Of a stretch of 64,000 bases of DNA, positions 1-12,480 are shown piece after piece. The position numbers and the translations under genes are program-made. The notes beneath the pieces were generated by a model that worked only from the letters and a program-made list of their open reading frames with translations, made no database searches and was not told where the DNA came from. This DNA is from Isurus oxyrinchus. Its lineage: Eukaryota. Where the stretch lies: assembly GCA_026770705.1 (NCBI GenBank), contig JANJGN010000047.1, positions 3,782,001 through 3,846,000 on the forward strand, in the 5' to 3' direction. Numbering within the stretch: position 1 is the first letter of the stretch; the number at the start of each line of letters is the position of its first letter.

Positions 1-1170
1 CACAGGTTTCCAGCATTCTGAGCCAGTGACACTGAATTAAAGGCAATAAATTTCCAAGTCAGAAAGGCTTGTGGCTTGGAGGGACATTCCAAATGTCGGT
101 GATCTCATGTATGCTATTCCCGTGTCCCACTAAATGGCCCTGGTCCGGCGCTCAGATGGTGCTGCCACAGGGGAGTTAGTGAGATTCTGCAGTACCTCCT
201 ACAGATGGTGCACATTGATGCTACTGTTCTTCGATGTGATGGGAGTGAATGTTTGTGGAAGGGATAGCAATCAAGCAGAGTTCCTAGTTCCGTATGTTGA
301 TGAGCTTCTTGGGTGTTGTTAGTCGTGCAATCGTCCACTCAAGTGAAGAGTTTTCCATTAGGCTCCTGACTTGTGCCTTGTCGACTATGTACAGGTTCTG
401 TGGAGTCAGGAGTTGAACTGCTCACCTCAGGGTTCCGAGAATCTGACATGCTCTTGTAGTCAAAGTGTTTACCTGGCTATTCCAGTTCAATTGATGGTCA
501 ATTGGAAGCACCACGATTTTGATAGTGGGGGATTCAGAGATGACCATGCCATTAAATGTCAAGGTTAGATTCTCCCTTATGGGAGATGGTAATTGTCTGG
601 CACCTTTGTGGAGTGAATGTTACTTGTCACATGTCAGCACAAGAGTGGATATTTTCAAAATTGTGCTGCATTTAGTCAAGGACAATTTCAGATCCTGAGC
701 TGTTGTGAACGGTGATGATCACGGTGCAATCAACAGCGAACATTCCCTATTCTCACCTTCTGATGAAAGGAAGGTCATTCATGAAGCAGCTGAAGATGAC
801 TGGGCCGAGGGCACTAATCCGAGGAACTCCTGCAGTGGTGCCCCATAACTGAGATCCATGGCCTCCAAAAGCCACAGCCATTTTTCCTGTGTGGTATATG
901 TTACTCCAAGCAACGGCAAGTTTTTTTTCATTCCCTTGGATCCCAAAGACTCCAGTTTCACTCGGGCTACTTGAAGCCGCGCTGCGGTCACATAACGCCC
1001 TGATGTCAAAGGCAGTCACTGACCCCTCACCTTGGCAGTTCAGGTTTGTTGTCCATGTTTGAGCCAAGGCCGAAAATAATAATGAACCCATACTGATCGA
1101 CACTGAGCAGGAGATTGCTAAGCATGAGTCTCTTCTGATTTTACTGATGATGGAGAGTAAACTGATTGGG
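1..1170 (-). mobile_element. Degenerate CR1/L2-clade LINE, RT region and 3' part
   Basis: ORF 753-1490(-) contains RT motifs AQTWTTNLNCQGEGSVTAFDIRALCDR and AGVPRISALGPVIFSCFMNDLP (cf. GVPQGSVLGP..F..INDLP); frameshifted. The same family recurs at 11920-12480 and 27780-28260. Confidence 0.85.
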
Positions 1171-2894
1171 ATCGGGTTGGCTTTAGTCATTGATAAACTT
1201 AATGCTGTTTGCTGTGATTTTCTCATTTGTTCAGACCCCAAGCAGGAATACGTCGAGTGCTCAACATGAAACATCAGGCTTTGCAGGACGTCGTCTGTTG
1301 AATCCCAGCAGCACAACACAGCCCGGGCAAAAATAAACATCATTTCTCTTTCACTCATAAATAAATAAATTCTAACTTCTTTATGGTGCTGTCCCACACC
1401 CACACACATGCTTACTCGCTTGTGCACAAACACACCAGGCACCTGAAATGCACCCGCTCTCAGCCCATTATTAACCAATAATATGTTCATCCTAAGTGCA
1501 TAACACTCAGGTTATTTTTGATTACGCCTTATCGCTTCCTCCCATTCCTGATATGTATGACAATGTCCTCTGTGAAACATTCAAAAACCCGCCCAATCTG
1601 TCCCCAGAAAGCAGTGAGGGTAAACTTTACAACATATGCATTAAACTGGGAAAGTAATGCTTTATTACCGGCTACAAGCTTGTTCCGCATAGTTAGGGAC
1701 TATGAAGCCCTCTCTGGTCTTTACCATATCATTACACGGAGTTGTTCCCATGCTTTTAATGTTGCGGAAATTATCAGTCATAATTTGCTGTTTTTTATTT
1801 TCAATTCAACAAACAACAAAAAAAAAACTATTTGATTTGGAAATAGTCCGAAGAATAAAATGAATGCATCGCTTTCATTTAGATGATGGCAGAAATAGTT
1901 GCAACCCTCTCTCTAAAGCAATATTATTTTAACCCATCTTTCAGGTAAAATACATCGACAAATCGAGGATCCGACGTCCCACGCATGTGACTAACTGTGT
2001 GATATCTGAGGGAACGACCTTAAGTTTTCAATAAATATATCCATATGGAAGATGCTTAACTTTCCGACATAAACATGTTTTGAGAAAAAAAAAACAAACG
2101 TTATCTTGTGTGGAGACATCTAGATTCGTTTCTTAAATCTATAAATTATCTTAAAAAGTATAAATACTGCCTAATCAGAATTAAAGGACAAAGGATTTTT
2201 TTCGAGCATTTTCATGTATATAATTAAACTGTAGCACACTCCGCTGTATCGACAATACAACCCATCAAGAGAATTGAAGAACCGATGACTATCATTAAAA
2301 GTTATTTTCAGCTCCATTTTGTAATAGTTTTTTTTTCCAAATGCCTTACAAATGAAGGGTTGGAACAGGGAAATAAATGGAATATTTGTTTTACCTCCAT
2401 TTAGTGTACTTTCTCTCTAGACTGCCACATACGTGGGACACAGAGAGCTGCATTCTCATAGCAGCTCAAAACAGCACGATGTTGCTTGACAGCACAACAT
2501 CTAACTGTCGGTTTATCGAGTCTGGAGGGAGGAAAACATTCAGAATTCAATATGTCTCCAATACTTTACTATTATAACATAACTGCTCAGTTGTCCATCA
2601 GTGGAGCTCAGATCTAACTGACTCAGGAGAAATAATTCACCGTGCACTATCCCCCAGCAGCTCTTATTTTAGTTCCATGAGGTTGGCGATTGTATCAGGC
2701 ATGACCACATGCAGAGGGCCACCATTATAACAAATATAGCACAAAATAGAGACAAAATGTTCAAATAATGACATAACATAGACTGTTAGAGAAACAGTGC
2801 TCATGTTTTCTGTCTGTGAAAGGGTCATGGGCCGGATTGATTAAATAAACGCTCAGCTCTAGCACTCTGTGTTCTGTCCCTATGAACTTGCTGT

Positions 2895-3920
2895 GCTATG
2901 TCAGAAACAGGTGATTTATGATTGAGAACGAAAAGGTGGCTGACCAACCAGATGGATACTTTTGTTCTGACTTCACAAAGGAGGATGTGGATGACGTGCC
3001 AGAAATGTTGGAGAGCAGGGTCTAGAGTGTAAGGGAGGAGCTGTAAGGGACCAGTATGGGCACAGAAATGGTGTTGGAGGGATTGATGGAATTGAGGGCC
3101 AGTGGAACCCTGGGGCCTGATTTTCTACCTCCCAGTGTACTTGGGGAGGTCGCCCTTTAAGTGATGGATGCACTGGTGGTCATATCCCGAGATTCTGTAG
3201 AGTCGGGTAAAGTTCCTGCGGGTTGGAGTTTAACTAATGGAACAGCAAAATTTGGAAGGGCAGTTAGAGAGAAGGCAGGGAGTTGTTGACCAGTCGGGCT
3301 GACAACGGTGGTGTGGAGAATTCAGGAGTTGAATTTGGAATATTTGGTAGGTGAGCCCTTGGGAAGCAGTGGCAGAATCGGACAGAGTCAGAGACGGACA
3401 GAAGACTGGTTGGCAGGCAAGAATTAGGGAGCGGTCATGAGCAGGTCTTTTACCGAATGGCAGGCAGTGAATAGAGCAGTGCTGCGGGGGTCGTTGCTGA
3501 CATCCAAATTATTCAGGGTGTGTGTCGATGGTTTGGATGAGGGAGCTGGGTGTGGTGTCTCCGAATTTGCAGATCGCATGGTTCTGGTTGGGAGGGTGAG
3601 CTGTGTGGAGGATGTGGAGATGCTTCGGTGTGATTTGGACAGGTTGAGTGGGTGGGCTGCTGCATGCCAGAAGCAGTGTGCTGGGGACGGATGTGAGTTT
3701 GTCCACTCTGGTCGCAGGGATGGGAGGGCAGATCGTTATCTGAATGGCCTTGAATTGAGTGAGGGGAGTGGGCAAAGAGGTATGGGGATCCTTGTGCACC
3801 TGCCATTGAGGGTAAGCATGCTAGTGCAGTGGTCAATGGGGGAGGCGGATTGTGTGTCGGCCTTCATAGCTGGAAGATTCGAGTAAAAGAGGGGGGATGT
3901 ATTGCTGCAAATATACAGAT
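2895..3920 (+). mobile_element. CR1 LINE ORF2 (RT) fragment with internal deletion and strong A-to-G skew
   Basis: ORF 3437-3886 FTEWQAV..GSLL..LFRVCVDGLDEG..VSEFADR..DLDRLSGWA..CEFVHSG..YLNG aligns by eye with the CR1 RT FADD region; the upstream part matches the pre-RT region (KSPGPD-like, NYRPVSLT-like). Confidence 0.85.
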
Positions 3921-4369
3921 TATCAAACTTCATATCCGAGTGTCACAAACACTGCTCATCATAACAAGGAGACACAGGAAAGGCACATTCTGGGGAGTTA
4001 ATTTATACTAGTGAAGTAGAAGGGATTAACACACTTGCCCAGGCTCTGCAAGTCCATTTCCCAAACTTCCAAACTCTGCCCATACGTATTGTTGAACCCC
4101 AGAATGCAGATCAGAAGTGGACGCAGCCTGTTGATTGTGTTTACCTTGACGGGCAGCCTCTGGAGGTACCCAGCCTGCTTTCGTGGTCCTACAATGTGGA
4201 AGAGGTACCCTCCTCGGCATGTGGAGTTGGGGCTGCTGAGGTCACCGGAAGGGGGACTCGGAGAGGACAGGTGCGCGTGGAGCCAATGGATTGTATAGAC
4301 ATGGTGATGTGCATTGTGGGATTATCCTGCATATTGGTGACTGAAAGTCCTTGTCTGAGTCATTGGCTG

Positions 4370-4880
4370 CGTGTGTGAGATAATGTGTATGTATGTGCCT
4401 GTGTGTGCATGTGTGTGTCTGTTCATTTGTGTGTTCATGAATGTGTGTGTGTAAGAGAGAAGGAGAGACGTGTATGTTTATTCCTGTATATTTCTGTGTG
4501 TGAAAACGGGTTTTTATCTTCAAATTTCTGCGAATGTGGAAACTCACGTGTGTTTATGTACCTGATATATGTGTAATGCTGTTAGTGTGTGCACGTGTGC
4601 TTTTCTGTGTGTTTGTGTGTCAGGGAGTGCTTGTGAGATTTTGTCCGTGTGCTTGAGTATCTCTGCTTGTGACAGTAATTATGTGAGCAGGTGTGCATCA
4701 TTTTTTGTTTGCCTATGTGTATTCATATGTGTGTCTGCGCATTTGCGCGTTTGTGTGATTTTTTGTGTGTGTGTGCGTGTTGTGTCTGTGTGTGTATTTC
4801 TGTGTGTGTTTGTGTGAGTGAGTGTTTCTTTGCACATGTGTGTTTGTGTGAGAGAGAGAGCGATAGGGAGAGAGTTTATG
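4370..4880. repeat. Degenerate (GT)n/(GA)n low-complexity tract
   Basis: Continuous gtgtgt-rich sequence ending in gagagag; generates spurious C/V-rich and H/T-rich ORFs. Confidence 0.9.
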
Positions 4881-4883
4881 TGA

Positions 4884-5550
4884 AACATAGGAACATAGAA
4901 ATATAGAAATTGGAGCAGGGGTAGGCCATTGGGCCCTTCGACCCTGCTCCATCATTCATTATGATCATTGCTGATCATCCAGCTCAATATCCTGCTCCAG
5001 CTTTTTTCCAACATCCTTTGAACCATTTCACCCCAAGAGCTATATCAAGTCTTCCTTTAAAACATGCAATGTTTTGGCCTGTACTAATTCATGTGGCAGC
5101 GAACTCCAAAGGATCAAGAACGATAGAGGTGTTGAAAACACAGCTTGACAAATACATGAATAGGACGGCAATAGAGGGATAGTGCAAAATGTTTTAGTTG
5201 ATGGTCAATATGATCGACGCAGGCTTGGAGCCGGAAGGACCTGTTCCTGTGCTGTACTTTTCTTTGTACTATGACATCCATTCCGTCTACCTCTCCAGAC
5301 CACGCCGGAACAACCAATCTTTCTGCAAGTTCATCGCTCACCAATACACTAAGTCGCTCCACAACTCTATCACTGAGTTGGAAATCCATTCCTTCTAACA
5401 CCTCAGCTTCTGTTAAGAACAGCCTGGCATGGCACCCACTACCACCATCCCTCAGGTTTACGTTCAAATCCAGTGCAGCACAATACTTGGAAAAGCCACT
5501 TCTGTCTCTTCTCAGAATGGGTAGTCTCGATCTCTCCCTCATCCCTATTA
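4884..5550 (-). mobile_element. CR1 3' end (minus) interrupted by a short plus-strand CR1 3' end (~5110-5272)
   Basis: Tail aacatagaacatagaaatatagaa followed by ggagcaggggtaggccatt..gccc; the nested piece ends in cctgttcctgtgctgtacttttctttgtactatg, a typical CR1 3' terminus. Confidence 0.7.
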
Positions 5551-5599
5551 ATTATTATTCACCAAGATTACAAGTGGATTTTTAGCCTCCTACATTACT

Positions 5600-6700
5600 G
5601 GGAATTCTGTGGATTGCTTCATCGCTGACCCCTTCCACGCTTTCCAAACGACCCATCTTTTTCATTCATATACGTCAGTCCAAATAATTGCCTTGTAACA
5701 GCAACAATCTTCATCTGTCGAAGCTTAACTCTTATTGGAAAAATCACCTTTGCATCTACAGCATTTCTCCAATAAAAGCAGAATAATTACATTAAATCCT
5801 TAAGAGTCCTAGCTATCCCTTTGTTTATGTGAAGTGAACATTATTTCTGATATTTTAACTGCTATGTTATTCTGCCTTTAGTTTACTGGTGTTGACTTGG
5901 AATAGACCACCTATCTATTATATAAAATAATTCAATTCCTGTCCTCCCTATGCATGACTTATCTGTGAGGCCTCCCGCTTCCTCCCTCGACTTCCTATTT
6001 CCATTTGTGGGGATAGACTGTTTACAATACGTATAACAATGCTGCTGTCATGCACACCAATCTTTATCATTATTCCTGCCATTCTGCTTCCTGTAATTTC
6101 TCAGCTGATTTTTCATATTCCTCCACCTTCATCACATCTGTATTAATTGGGCCACGTTCCACAACACTACTATAGAAATTATTTCCTCCATGCTCTGCCC
6201 ATAAGTCGGCTTCATTGGGGCACACAGGGATCTCGACCATGACTGTCCCATATCCTGCACTTCCGCCCTCGACCTGCTCCTCTGCATCAGCATCATGCTA
6301 GACTCCCATCTATACCTACTTTCCACAAATCTAAAGATCAATTATTTTACTGTGTTTGCAATTGGCACCTACTACATCAACAAATGCACTTTCTTCGTCA
6401 CCTGGTCTCTTTTGCTAATCATACGTGGACCGTTTTTCCTCTGGAAATCAGCTTTATTTCTGTACGAAACGGCAGAGCCCCCCTTAGAGGAATAATAAAT
6501 TTCACCCACATGCGTTACATTCAGAGCACTCTTTCCCTGATGTCTGTCATTTTTCAGGGCCACAACAAATCCATCCTGGTGAATTAGTCATGTTGGTGTA
6601 CTGCTTCTGCTTTCCTATACTGGATTCATTGAACATGCGGATATTGCTACAACTCACTAATGAGTCATTTTGTATCAAAGTTAGACGTTGTACTCATCTG
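5600..6700 (-). mobile_element. Highly decayed CR1 endonuclease/linker region
   Basis: Remnants such as ggcacctactacatc (cf. GVYYRPP on the minus strand); pyrimidine-rich antisense LINE composition. Confidence 0.45.
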
Positions 6701-6774
6701 TCACTCAGCAACGCGGCAAATTATGTATGGAATTTAAAAGCAATTTTGTGCAGTCAGTGGAGGCCTGTAATAAG

Positions 6775-6960
6775 TACACAACATGCTGGATAAGCTCAGA
6801 AGGACTGGCAGCTTCCGTGGAGAGAGAAAAAGAGTTAACCTTGCCAGTCCAATATGTTTCCTCTTTGGAATTCAGAGTTCCAAAAAAACTGAGTTCTTAT
6901 TATCTGAACTGATGCTGCCAGGCATACGGGATCTATTCAAACATGTTCTGTTTTTTAAAT
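6775..6960. mobile_element. Old Penelope-like pLTR remnants in inverted orientation
   Basis: atgctggataagctcagaaggactggcagcttccgtggagagag... followed by gatgctgccaggcatacgggatctattcaaacatgttctgttttt; homologous to the younger pLTRs at 19.4, 29.5 and 41.3 kb. Confidence 0.55.
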
Positions 6961-7617
6961 GGAGGAAGCATCTTGTTATCTGTTCTAGTGAGCCCTCTAC
7001 TTGGTCGCTGTATTGCAAGGTACAAACTAATGTTTGATATGAAGTAAGAACTATGAACATAACTGGCTTGCAAGGGTTCCTGAGACACGCTAAAGCATTA
7101 AAACAAATTGAACTGAGCTGCTATGTATGTCAAATTGCAGGAGTCACTCAAGGGGCATATTTTGTTTATAAGCTACATCCTTTTTTGGAAAACTGAAATA
7201 TAGAATAGTTTCCATTATCTGTAATCCACATTGCCACAGTAATTATAATGTGTTCTTTCCTTTCCCTACTACTACCTGTTTGTGATTGACGTTTTCCAGC
7301 TCCGATATAAAATCTGCAGTGACATGGCTACAAGGAAAGAAACGCTGCGAACTGATTATTGAATGGCATTGAACAATCAGGTAGAACAGGCAGATGTTGT
7401 GGATAGCACAGTTAATAAAACAGTATTGATACTGTAGTGACAGATAACCTTGGATCCGAAGATAAATGCATGGAATTAACTTAGGTGGAATTACCAAACA
7501 GCAAGCTCCAAAAACAATGCATGAAACAGCAACTGCAAAGTAAATCATAAAATAATTCAGGAAAATTTTAGTGCTTGTAACAATAATACTACCATAATCA
7601 CGGAAGCATGGCATCGG

Positions 7618-9010
7618 AATCACAGCATCTCAGCGCAGAACAGGCCATTCGGCCCATCGAGTCTGCAACGACACGAGATTACAACCAGACCTAACAACCT
7701 ATTTCCATTTCCCAGAACTTGGCCCATAGCCTTAAATGTTATGACGTGCCAAATGCTCATCCTTGTATTTTTTAAAGTATGTGAGGCAACATGCCACCAC
7801 CACCCTTCCAGACAGTGCAATACAGACCGTTACCAGCCTCTGGTAAAAAAAAGTTTTCCTCACATCCCCCCTAAACCTCCTATCCCTCACCTTCAAGTAT
7901 GCCCCCTTGAGAGGTCAAATATGGGGAACATCTATTCCCTATCCAACCTGCCCATGTCCCTCATAATCCTGTAAACCTCGATCATGTCGTCCCTCAGTCT
8001 TCTCAGCTCCAACAAAAACAACCCAAATCTATTCAAACTCTCTACAGAGCTTAAATGTTTCATCCCAGGCAACATCCTGGTGAATCCCCTTTGCACCATC
8101 TCCAGTGTAAACACATCCTTCCTTTCATGTGGCGAGTAGGGTTGCACACATTACTCCAGCTGTGGTCTCAATAATGGTCTTTAAAGCTCCAACATGTCCT
8201 CCCTCCTTTTCTAATCTGTGCCTTGTTTTATAAAGGCAAGTCTCCAATAAGCCTTTCTCACAGGCCCACCAACGTGCCCCTCTGCCTCCAGGGAACTATG
8301 GACACACACGCCAAGTTTCCTTTGTTCCTCAGAACATCCAAGTGACATTCTGTTCATTGAATACTTCCTTGACAAAGTCATCTTTCCAATATATATCACC
8401 TCACACTTTTCATGGTTAAATTCCATCTGTTTCTTATTTGCCCACTTGACCTTCCCATCTATATCTTCCTGATCCACAAGACACTGAAACTCACTGCTAA
8501 CTAGCCAGCGAATCTTTGTGTCATACGCAAAATTACTAATCATAACCCCCGCATAGTCAAATATGTCATTTATATGATTGACAAAAATGGTGGACCGAGC
8601 ACAGATCCCTCTGGTACGCCACTGGATGGACCGGGTTTCCAGCCACTAAAGCATCCTTCTGTCATCACGCTCTACCTCCTTCACTTTAAGCAATTTTGAA
8701 TTCACCTTATCAAATAACCCTGAATCCCATGTGCATTTGCATTCTTTATACGTCTCCAATGTGGGACCTTGTCACAAGCTTTGCTGAAATCCATTTAAGC
8801 TACGCCAACTGCACCATCATCTACACATCTGGTCACCTCCTCAAAAAATTGAATCAAACTTGTTAGGCATGACCTCACTCTGACAAAGTCATGCTGACTA
8901 TCACTGAGCAAAACTTGCCTTTCCAAGTGGAGGGAGAGACTCTCCTTCAGAACTTTTTCTAATTTTCCCTATAACTGACCTGAGACTCACTGGACTGTTC
9001 TTCCCTGGCT
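7618..9010 (-). mobile_element. 5'-truncated CR1 LINE (RT C-terminal half plus 3' UTR)
   Basis: ORFs MISNFAYDTKI..QEDIDG..WANKKQMEFNHEKCEVI and LEMVQRGFTRMLPG..LELRRLRDDMIEVYRIM; 3' end aggccattcggccc near 7640. Confidence 0.9.
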
Positions 9011-9039
9011 TATATCAGTAATCATGAGGATGTTCAAGG

Positions 9040-9430
9040 TACAATAAACTGGGAAATACTAATCAGTACTAATGTTGTGTAGGTATATATATTGGGGTGC
9101 ATGTAAGATTGTTTCCTGAACTTGCATCTTGAAGAACCAACTCGACAACTGGCAATTTTAGATCTAGTATTGTGCAATCAATGGACAGAATTAATATTTT
9201 TGTTGCAAACTACCCATTAGGAAAGAGAGACCATAAATTGCAAAAAAAAAAGTATTCATTCACAACATGTTTTTGCTCAATGGGATATTGATCTAAAAGT
9301 CAAATAAAGGAATATGTGAGGGCAGGATCTTCAAGTTGACTTTGTTTTTGCAAAGCTTCGTTAAAAGGCATGATTGTAGACAGTCAATAGCTAAAACGTA
9401 AGGAAGGCGTGCATAATTTACTACAAAAAT
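9040..9430 (+). mobile_element. Decayed CR1 endonuclease C-terminal/linker fragment
   Basis: gaagaaccaactcgacaactggcaattttagatctagtattgtgcaat (EPTR..AILDLVLCN) and ttaggaaagagagaccataa (LG..DH). Confidence 0.6.
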
Positions 9431-10789
9431 ACAAGACAATTATTTTATTTATATTTTTGTGAAGTCAACTTGGAAGATCCATGATTTTTTTTTCTGTGCA
9501 TTGTACGTGATACAAACAGTTGGAGAGATGCATTGTTGCTCAAATTGTTAAACTGCTCACCGCGGCTGAACAACTGCACAGATTGTGAATACTAAAGTTT
9601 GAAAACTGGCTGGCTAATAGAATGGAGAAGCATGATGTAATGGCCAAAATCATCGTTGAAAACAGATTGGAGAGCATTGGAGAGAACAAAATAATGCAAA
9701 GCTATCATCAGTGTGAATCATGCATAAGGTGGGACAGCTGATTTGCTCACAACAATTATTGAGACAAAACTGATTTTAAGTTGCACATACGATGGTGCCA
9801 CATATAGTGCAGAGTAATGGTGGATCTGCTCGGTGTGAGTTAAAACTGTCAAGCCTTCAAGAGAGTTTTTTATTGAAGCTTCATTTTCCTTCCTTACTGC
9901 AGACTAGGCATAATAGCGTCATGTTTTCATTTCCATGATGTCAGTTGACAGCTTCACTATCGTGATTTTAGTACCATCTGACAATTCAGTAGAAAAAACA
10001 ACATGATTTCAAGAACATGTTTAAATTTAATGCTCGAAAATGTGCTGAGGGAATTGATCACACATGATTTCTTCCCAGCTTACTGGTTCCATAACACAAA
10101 TGTGCACAGGTAATGATGTTTTCTTGTGAAATTCAACTGTTAAAGGCATTTTTGCACTATTATTCTGCTGAAATATATCCCTTTTTATCTAATCCTACTC
10201 TGATTTTAATCAGTTTATCCAACTGCCAAATCCATCAGCTCCAGCCTTCCTTCCAGCTCGGATATGACATTGCCCCTGTCTTCCTAAATATATGATTCAT
10301 TGTCTAGGCCTCCAAATTACTCTCCCAATGGTATCCAGAACCTTGAACTCAATTCGATGTGAGTTCATTTATTTTATTTTAAAGACTGTTTCGGCAAAAC
10401 ACTCATTGATTCGCATGTACCAGTAGAACGAAGCAGCTGTAGTAAACGTTGTCACAAGGAATCCCTCCCGTTCGAATGCAGCCCAAATGACAATTTCAGA
10501 CGTTGGATTCCGCCTGTGTAAACTGACTTCCGCCTCTCGGCTGGCACTGCACTGCAGAGTCACTCAGTCCTTTCTGTGGAATCGATAAAATTGATACAAA
10601 TTGTTTCAAGATTTCCTGAATCATTGCTGGTTTTAAAAATAAAACCCAATCAAAGGTTCAAAAAAAAACAGCGTGAATCGGATGATGCTCCAGTAAAGTA
10701 CTAACATCAACCACAGATTGTGCCACCTCCTGCTGTGGCCCCACATCTTAACAATAACATCATTGCTTTATCTTTCCCTCTCTCCAATT

Positions 10790-11590
10790 TAACATGGCGG
10801 CGATTGCATTCCTTTCCCGAGGAAAATGCGTTCTGCCTAAATGTATAAGTGGGCACCAGCTGGGAAAGGCTGTGACCGATCTCCCTGTCGTTCTACCTGA
10901 AGCGATATTGCAATGGATAGGGGCGCTTTATTTCCTAGATTACTTCCTGAAAATTACTCCTGTGTGCTACCTCATTATCACCTTGTCCTTTGAAGCAACA
11001 GTGCTTTCCATATGTTTCACAGTCGCTTTCAACTTTGACCGATTCATGGCCATTTGTTGCAAAAAACTGAGAACAAAGTATTGTACCGAGAAAACTGAAG
11101 CTGTCGATTTCGGAACAGTGAGCGTGGTGGGCTGCTTTGTTATGATCTCGTGGTACTTTATCCGGGAACCAATAAGTAAACTTGATAATATATTGTTACT
11201 TCACCCGTATCATCCGTATATTTGATGCTCTTCTGATTTTGCTTCTCAATCTCCCAATGATCAGACATCTTGTGGTTTCCAATAGTATCCGTTGAAGTCT
11301 CCAGGGCTGTAATAAGAAAGAGGATCGCTAGGAACTAGAGCTGTTGAGCCGAAGGATGTCCACCATTTTAATGTTCAGAATTTCTGGCAATTTAATTCTG
11401 TTAACGGCATTCCACCTAGTTTATAGCAATTATCTGTATTTCCACAAACTGTTAATATAACAGAAATCAGAGCAGCAATGCTGCAGCGTCTCAATAATTG
11501 CACCAACACGTATTCACATTCTTACCCGGATTAAATTCAGAGAGGAGTTGGTGGACGATGTAAAACGCCCATTCAACCTTTATCCAAAAA
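10790..11590 (+). pseudogene. GPR139-like GPCR pseudogene (main 7TM exon)
   Basis: ORF 10794-11225 LSRGKCVLPKCI..TPVC..FTVAFNFDRFMAICCKKLRTKYCTEKT..GTVSVVGC..WYF is clearly paralogous to 48589-49487. It continues out of frame as LILLLN..IRHLVVSNSIR*SL..SRRMSTILMFRISGNLILL..MLQRLNNCTNT..KFREE. Stops, frameshifts and deletions; expected acceptor AG after the pyrimidine tract reads AA (ctctccaa-tt-taac). Confidence 0.85.
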
Positions 11591-11919
11591 GGGCAAAGAT
11601 TCGATTCGAATGATGGCCATCGAGCTGTGTGAGATCCTCGCCCAAGAATACTGGAGCCTGATGATGGTGTTGGTTTTGACTGACTGAATCATAATCAAAG
11701 AAGAGCAAACTCAGCAAGATGGATCGGAATGTGGGGGACGAGGTTTGGGGGTGGTGGGTAATGCTTCAGTTGCTACTTGGTCCTCGAACATCTCAGTCAG
11801 CCGTGGGCGTGATGTGCGAAAGTGGAGTTGTTCTGTGAGTGGACAGTTCCATTTATGTTAAAGGTGACGCTGTGAAGTAAGGGTCTTTGTGTCCACAGTG
11901 CTCTCTGTTAACCATTTAT

Positions 11920-12480
11920 GCAGCCATAGGCTTTGAGCGTCGCTGGCAAGGCCAACAATTATTGGATATTCCTAATTGTCCTTGAGAATTTTGTGCTGAG
12001 CTGCCTTCCACAGCCGCTGAATTCCATGTTGTGTAGTTACACCTACAGTGCGGTGAGGTAGAATTCCAGGAATTCACACAGCGAAAGTGATTAAAAGGCA
12101 GTTTATTTCCATGTAATTATGGTGTGTCATGCTGGGGAAAATGGAGGTGGCGGTCTTCCAATCTGTCAGCTGCCCTTGCACTTGGAGGCTGTAGTGGGCG
12201 TGAGATTCTAAGGTGCTGTGTAAGAAGGGTTGTGGAACCTGCAGTCTTTGCTATTGATGGTACACACTGCTGCCAATTTGCGTCGATGGTGGAGGTAATG
12301 AATGTTCGTGGAAAAGGCAAACAAAGAGCGGCCTGCTTTGTCCTGTATGTTGGCGAGTTTCTCGAATTTTGTTGGACTTACACTCTCACAGGCAAATGCG
12401 GAGTACACCATCACACTCCTGACTGGTTCGTTGGAGAAGATTGAATCTCAGGGATTGTGTTGGAGATCAGAAGTGCTCGC
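11920..12480 (-). mobile_element. CR1/L2-clade LINE 3' end (same family as 1-1170)
   Basis: gcgtcgctggcaaggccaac..cctaattgtccttgagaa terminus; ORF 12208-12414 SPTKFEKLANIQDKAGRSL..NIHYLHHRRKLAAVCTI. Confidence 0.75.

Noticed and set aside
4242-4955. C/V-rich and H/T-rich ORFs
   Set aside because: Translations of (GT)n/(CA)n microsatellite.
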